Below are positions 60,057 to 64,000 of a stretch of DNA of 64,000 nt, piece after piece. Under the pieces are notes generated by a model, which had not been told where the DNA came from, ran no database searches, and saw only the letters and a program-made list of their open reading frames with translations. A program made the translations under genes and the position numbers. The stretch comes from an uncultured Methanoregulaceae archaeon. GTDB lineage: Archaea > Halobacteriota > Methanomicrobia > Methanomicrobiales > Methanospirillaceae. The stretch's first letter is position 1, and the number at the start of each line of letters is the position of its first letter. The DNA lies in contig OY970061.1 of the NCBI GenBank assembly GCA_963705255.1, forward strand, positions 736,001-800,000, in the 5' to 3' direction.

Positions 60057-60565
60057 ATGCAGTGTGAGATGTGCGGAGAAACGATTCGCGGCCCCCCAAG
60101 CTGGTCCGGGTAGAGGGGGCCGAACTGCAGGTATGCAGCAAATGCGAAAAATTCGGCACGGAGGTCCAGCAGGTGAGGCGTACCGACCTTGTACGGCCGG
60201 CGGCCCCGCGGCAGGCGGGGGCCAGGGCCCCGGCACCGGTCGCCACGGCATACCGGAAAAAGGACCTGTTCGACTATATGGAGGGGGAGATCGTCGACGA
60301 TTACAGCGAACGGATCCGCCATGCCCGCATGGAAAGAGGGCTCTCCCAGAAAGACCTTGCCATGCAGATGAAGGAGAAAGAGCACCTCATCAAGAAGATC
60401 GAGAACCGCGAGCTGATCCCGGAAGAGGATGTCCGCAAAAAATTCGAAAAGACACTGGGGATACGGCTGATCGATGCCCCGGTCGCCGAATCGGAAAAGA
60501 AAGTGCAGTCTAGACTCGCCCCGACGCTCGGGGATCTCACCACCATCCGGAAAGCAAGAAAATAA
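60057..60565 (+). CDS. mbf1: Archaeal multiprotein bridging factor aMBF1, frameshifted in a C-run at ~60095
   Basis: MQCEMCG...VCSKC Zn ribbon, HTH and TLGD C-terminal motif; divergent from pan. Confidence 0.92.
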
Positions 60566-60830
60566 CGGGGCGACCTGCCCGCTTCATTTTTTATGCAGGC
60601 CCGGGAACCGGATCAGGAAGGTTGCCGGGCGTGTCCTGCAGGCCCCCTCCGTTCGTGGTCAGAGAGAAGCCATCCGGGTCCACAAGCCCTGCCAGGATCA
60701 TCGCTACGGGCGTCGAACCGGCGTAATTTTTCCCCAAACACCGCCTTTATACACTCCCCCACATAATCTATCGCTGGTATCCGGCATCCATGAGATCCTT
60801 TGGAGATACCATCGGTACAGGAGAATGGTG

Positions 60831-61268
60831 ATGTCAACCGTTGAGGAAAATATGCGTCTCATGCAGACGCTGGATGATGCCTGGAACTCCCAGGACTGGG
60901 CAACGTTCGGGAAACGCCATGCGGCACAGGTAGATGTCTTCTGGCCGGGACAGGCACTGCCGACGCACGGCCGCTCCTCCCACAAGGAAGAGGCGATAGC
61001 CTTCTTCAGGATCTTCCCGGACAACAAGGTCGGGAACCGCCCCTACAGGATATTCTTCGGGGAAGGCGATTACACGTGCTCTGTCGCCGAGTTCACCGGG
61101 ACATTCAGGGGCCCGATGACCACTCCCGACGGGAAAGTAATTCCGCCGACCGGGAAGAAGTTCAGGGTCGAGTTCTGCACGGTCGCCCGATGGAAGAACG
61201 GGGAGATCGTTGAAGAGAAGCTCTTCTATGACAAGATCTCCCTGATGCAGCAGGTCGGGCTGATGTAA
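60831..61268 (+). CDS. SnoaL-like/NTF2-fold ester cyclase family protein
   Basis: FPD, GTF.GP...PPTGK.F and W.NG.IVEE...YD motifs. Confidence 0.88.
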   Translation: MSTVEENMRLMQTLDDAWNSQDWATFGKRHAAQVDVFWPGQALPTHGRSSHKEEAIAFFRIFPDNKVGNRPYRIFFGEGDYTCSVAEFTGTFRGPMTTPDGKVIPPTGKKFRVEFCTVARWKNGEIVEEKLFYDKISLMQQVGLM

Positions 61269-61424
61269 GAATGGGAAAAATATCAATTTTTTCATTCCCG
61301 TGAAACGTGAAAGAGAGACAAGAGAGACAAGAAAGAACAAAAAACCTGAGACGACTGTTCTCGTTCCGGAAAAACGATCTACCTGCACGGGTGAGAGCTT
61401 TCCGGTGGGGACACAATCTGCATC

Positions 61425-62127
61425 ATGACACCCAAGAATAAAAAGGCATCAGGGTCCGGACCGGATACCATGAACGTTACGGTAAGCCGGAACGGCCCCT
61501 ATATCGTGACCGGTAGCGTTCCGATCAGGACGATGGAGATCTGCAACGATGCCGAAGGGAACTGCCGCACCTGGAAGACAGTTCACGAGTTCCCGCTGCA
61601 GGAGCAGTACGCCCTCTGCCGCTGCGGCCACTCGAAGAACAAGCCGTTCTGTGACGGGACCCACGCGGAGATCCACTTCGACGGGACCGAGACCGCCGGG
61701 GATGAAGCTTACCTCCGGCACCCGGACTCCACCGAGGGCAGGGACCTGCGTCTGGAAGATGTCGGGAACCTCTGCGTCCATGCCCGGTTCTGCATGCGGG
61801 CCGGCGGGATCTGGAACCTGACCAGGAATTCGGGTATCCCGGAAGCCCGCGATACGGCGATCGAGGAAGCCTGCAACTGCCCGTCGGGGCGGCTCGTTGT
61901 CCGGGACCGGAAGAGCGGCAGGGCAATCGAGCCGGAACTGGAAAAGTCCATCGTGCTGATCGAATACCCTGCCCGGCACGAGCACGGCCCGCTCTGGGTC
62001 CGGGGGCGGCATACCGGTGGTATCTGCCGATGGTAAACCCTACGAGGTCCGGAACCGGGTCACGCTCTGCCGGTGCGGAAAGTCGGGGAACAAGCCGTTC
62101 TGCGACGGCAGCCACATCAGACCCTGA
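61425..62127 (+). CDS. Protein with two CDGSH domains and a central divergent 4Fe-4S domain, frameshifted at ~62005
   Basis: [17 protein letters not shown] and CVHARFC...CPSG; a second [17 protein letters not shown] appears in the shifted frame. Confidence 0.9.
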
Positions 62128-62181
62128 GTACGGTCAGGGTAGACGGAAGAGAGAAAGACTGGAAAGAGGAAGGTTGAGCAT

Positions 62182-62574
62182 ATGAGTTTCATTGAAGCAG
62201 CATCCGTTGACGATCTCCCGGTCGGTACGATGAAGCATGTCGAGATAAAAGGAATCGAGATCGCCCTCGCGAACGTGAACGGGACGGTCTATGCGGTCAG
62301 CGACCGCTGCGGCCACCAGAACGCCCCGCTCTCGAAGGGGACGCTGGACGGGAAGATCGTCACCTGCCCGCTCCATCACGCACAGTTCGATGTCACCACC
62401 GGTAAGATGGTCTCCGGTATGGTCGAGCTCTCGCTGCCCGGGATGGACCGGACGCCAAAAGAGTTCCAGGACGCGCTGAAAGCGATTGGGGAGTTGACAA
62501 GCCACATCAAAACCCATGACCTCCCGCCATTTCCGGTCAAGGTCGCAGGCAACCGCATCTTTGTAAAAGTATAG
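62182..62574 (+). CDS. Rieske [2Fe-2S] ferredoxin
   Basis: CGH...CPLH Rieske ligands and FDV.TG motif. Confidence 0.92.
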   Translation: MSFIEAASVDDLPVGTMKHVEIKGIEIALANVNGTVYAVSDRCGHQNAPLSKGTLDGKIVTCPLHHAQFDVTTGKMVSGMVELSLPGMDRTPKEFQDALKAIGELTSHIKTHDLPPFPVKVAGNRIFVKV

Positions 62575-62732
62575 CGGGTCCGGTGGTGTCGGGCCCGGCC
62601 AGACCAGATCGGCACTGCATGCCTCACAGGATCCTGTACCGGAAAAATATACCGGAAAAAAGAATGTATCTCTCTGTTTTTCTCCGGGTATCAGCTGTCT
62701 CTGCACGCGGGGGGCAGCGGGCAGAAACCTGC

Positions 62733-63231
62733 TCACGCCAGCGGATGGGAGACGGACGGGAAACTGATCTGGCCGTTATAGGTTGCCTGGTAACCGTCAG
62801 GGAACGTTATGGTCGTCACGTCGGGCGAGAGGTCAACCGAGATGAGCGAGGCCCACCAGGACCGTCTGATCGCATTCTGGGCGTCGGCCAACGAGAATGC
62901 CGGTGTCGTTATGATCTCGGTCCCGTTGGACTGGCTGATCGTAGCAAAGGAAGGGATGATCACTTCGGCAGAGGGAGTTGTCCGCCCTGACAACCGTAAC
63001 CTGCCGGTTCAGGTTGTTGTCAAGGGCATTCGCGAGTTCCGCGGAGGGGTTGGCAATATTGAAAAATATCGCAGCCTGTTCCGTGAACGAGAGATCATAC
63101 TGGAAATCCACCTGTGCATTGCCGTTCGTATCAAGGCTGATGGTGAGCGCTTTTGCCGTGAATGCCTGTGCGGGCATCACCGCACATGCAAGGAGGCAGA
63201 TGCATCCGATAAGAAGGTACGCAGACTTCAT
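62733..63231 (-). CDS. Secreted hypothetical protein, frameshifted at ~62975
   Basis: Signal peptide ...PAQA|F; ORF 62833-63231 joins ORF 62733-62993 (D.SP..T.ITFPDGY). Confidence 0.72.
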
Positions 63232-63520
63232 ATGTCAAGTGTATATTACATTTTGTAATATATACTTTATGTGTACTTCCCAAATCCGCACACGTATCGT
63301 ATATAAACCACGAGGCAGGGGACAGAGCAGCCGCCACGAGGTTGCGGAGAACCTGCCTCCCCTGCGACGAGACCGGCGTGCCGTCAACCTCCGTTCCGCT
63401 GATCGTAATTCATGCCGGCCCCCCCCCAATGCCGGTGCCGCCCCCTCTGTCGGATTACCTGACCGGAAAGAGCGGGCTTTTGTTCCTTGTGAAAAATGAA
63501 CGGGGGCTGGTCAGGGAGTA

Positions 63521-64000
63521 CTAGAGCGATGGGTTTTTCTCCTCACCGGTGATCCGGTACGCACCCTTCGGAACCGTCATCTCAAACCGTGCACCTGTGC
63601 CCGGTTCACCGGTCTCTTTGATCGTGATACCGGTGATGTCAAGGATCTCCCGGGAGATGGCCAGGCCGAAACCGGTGTTCTTCCCGAACCCCCGCTCGAA
63701 TATCCTCTCTTTCTCCTCACGGACGACACCGTCGCCATCGTCTTCGCAGACAATGATCCCGTCACCATTCCGTTCCTCGAGAGCGAACCGGATTGCCGTG
63801 ATCCTGCCCCCGTGCCGGAGAGCATTGTCTATCAGGTTGAAGAAGACCTTGACTATCAGCGGGTCGGCGAACACTTCGGTGCCGGCAGGGAGATCGTTTT
63901 TGAGCGCGACCTGTCCGGGCATGACCCCCGTTCCCGCACTCTCCACAAGGGCCCGGAGATCCTGCCAGACAGCAGCGCGTACCCCGATCTCCTCGTATTC
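63521..64000 (-). CDS. Sensor histidine kinase, C-terminal HATPase domain (partial, begins beyond window)
   Basis: N box NLIDNALRHG, DDG.G, F.RGFG and G.GLAI motifs. Confidence 0.92.
   Translation of the reverse strand, partial: EYEEIGVRAAVWQDLRALVESAGTGVMPGQVALKNDLPAGTEVFADPLIVKVFFNLIDNALRHGGRITAIRFALEERNGDGIIVCEDDGDGVVREEKERIFERGFGKNTGFGLAISREILDITGITIKETGEPGTGARFEMTVPKGAYRITGEEKNPSL

Noticed and set aside
61311-61345. AAGAGAGAC short tandem repeat
   Set aside because: Only two units in a purine-rich spacer; low-complexity sequence.

Overview
Archaeal DNA from a methanogen, most likely Methanomicrobiales (Methanoregula-like). This call rests on the archaellum and CheF genes, two PAN ATPases, aIF-5A, aPelota, aMBF1 and a methanogenesis-marker-11-like domain. 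In order, the window holds: the start of a cobalamin operon (cbiT-cbiL-cbiF); an AT-rich insert; a vapBC pair; pan; lipoproteins; a ribosome-rescue cluster (aPelota, RqcH/NEMF, EMC6-like, ABCE1); a joined archaellum/chemotaxis cluster (archaellins, arlCDE-like, arlG-F-H-I-J, an unknown membrane ORF, cheF-Y-B-A-C-D); housekeeping genes (aIF-5A, FBPase/IMPase, NAD kinase, homoserine dehydrogenase); a type IV pilin; a GT-C glycosyltransferase fusion; tRNA-Leu(TAG); kup; a caspase-fold hypothetical; a second pan divergent from aMBF1; and a small Fe-S protein cluster. About 14 genes carry single-base frameshifts, which look like long-read consensus errors. The most striking unexplained signal is a family of ~55-bp intergenic two-hairpin elements. 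They have covarying stems and conserved GA/GA junctions, occur in tandem and nested, and one copy sits inside another repeat whose empty form is also in the window. Other candidates are a lipoprotein carrying a type IV pilin head domain, a three-copy archaellin array with a decay gradient, and an unassigned membrane protein between arlJ and cheF. All protein calls come from motif recognition by eye; no searches were run.
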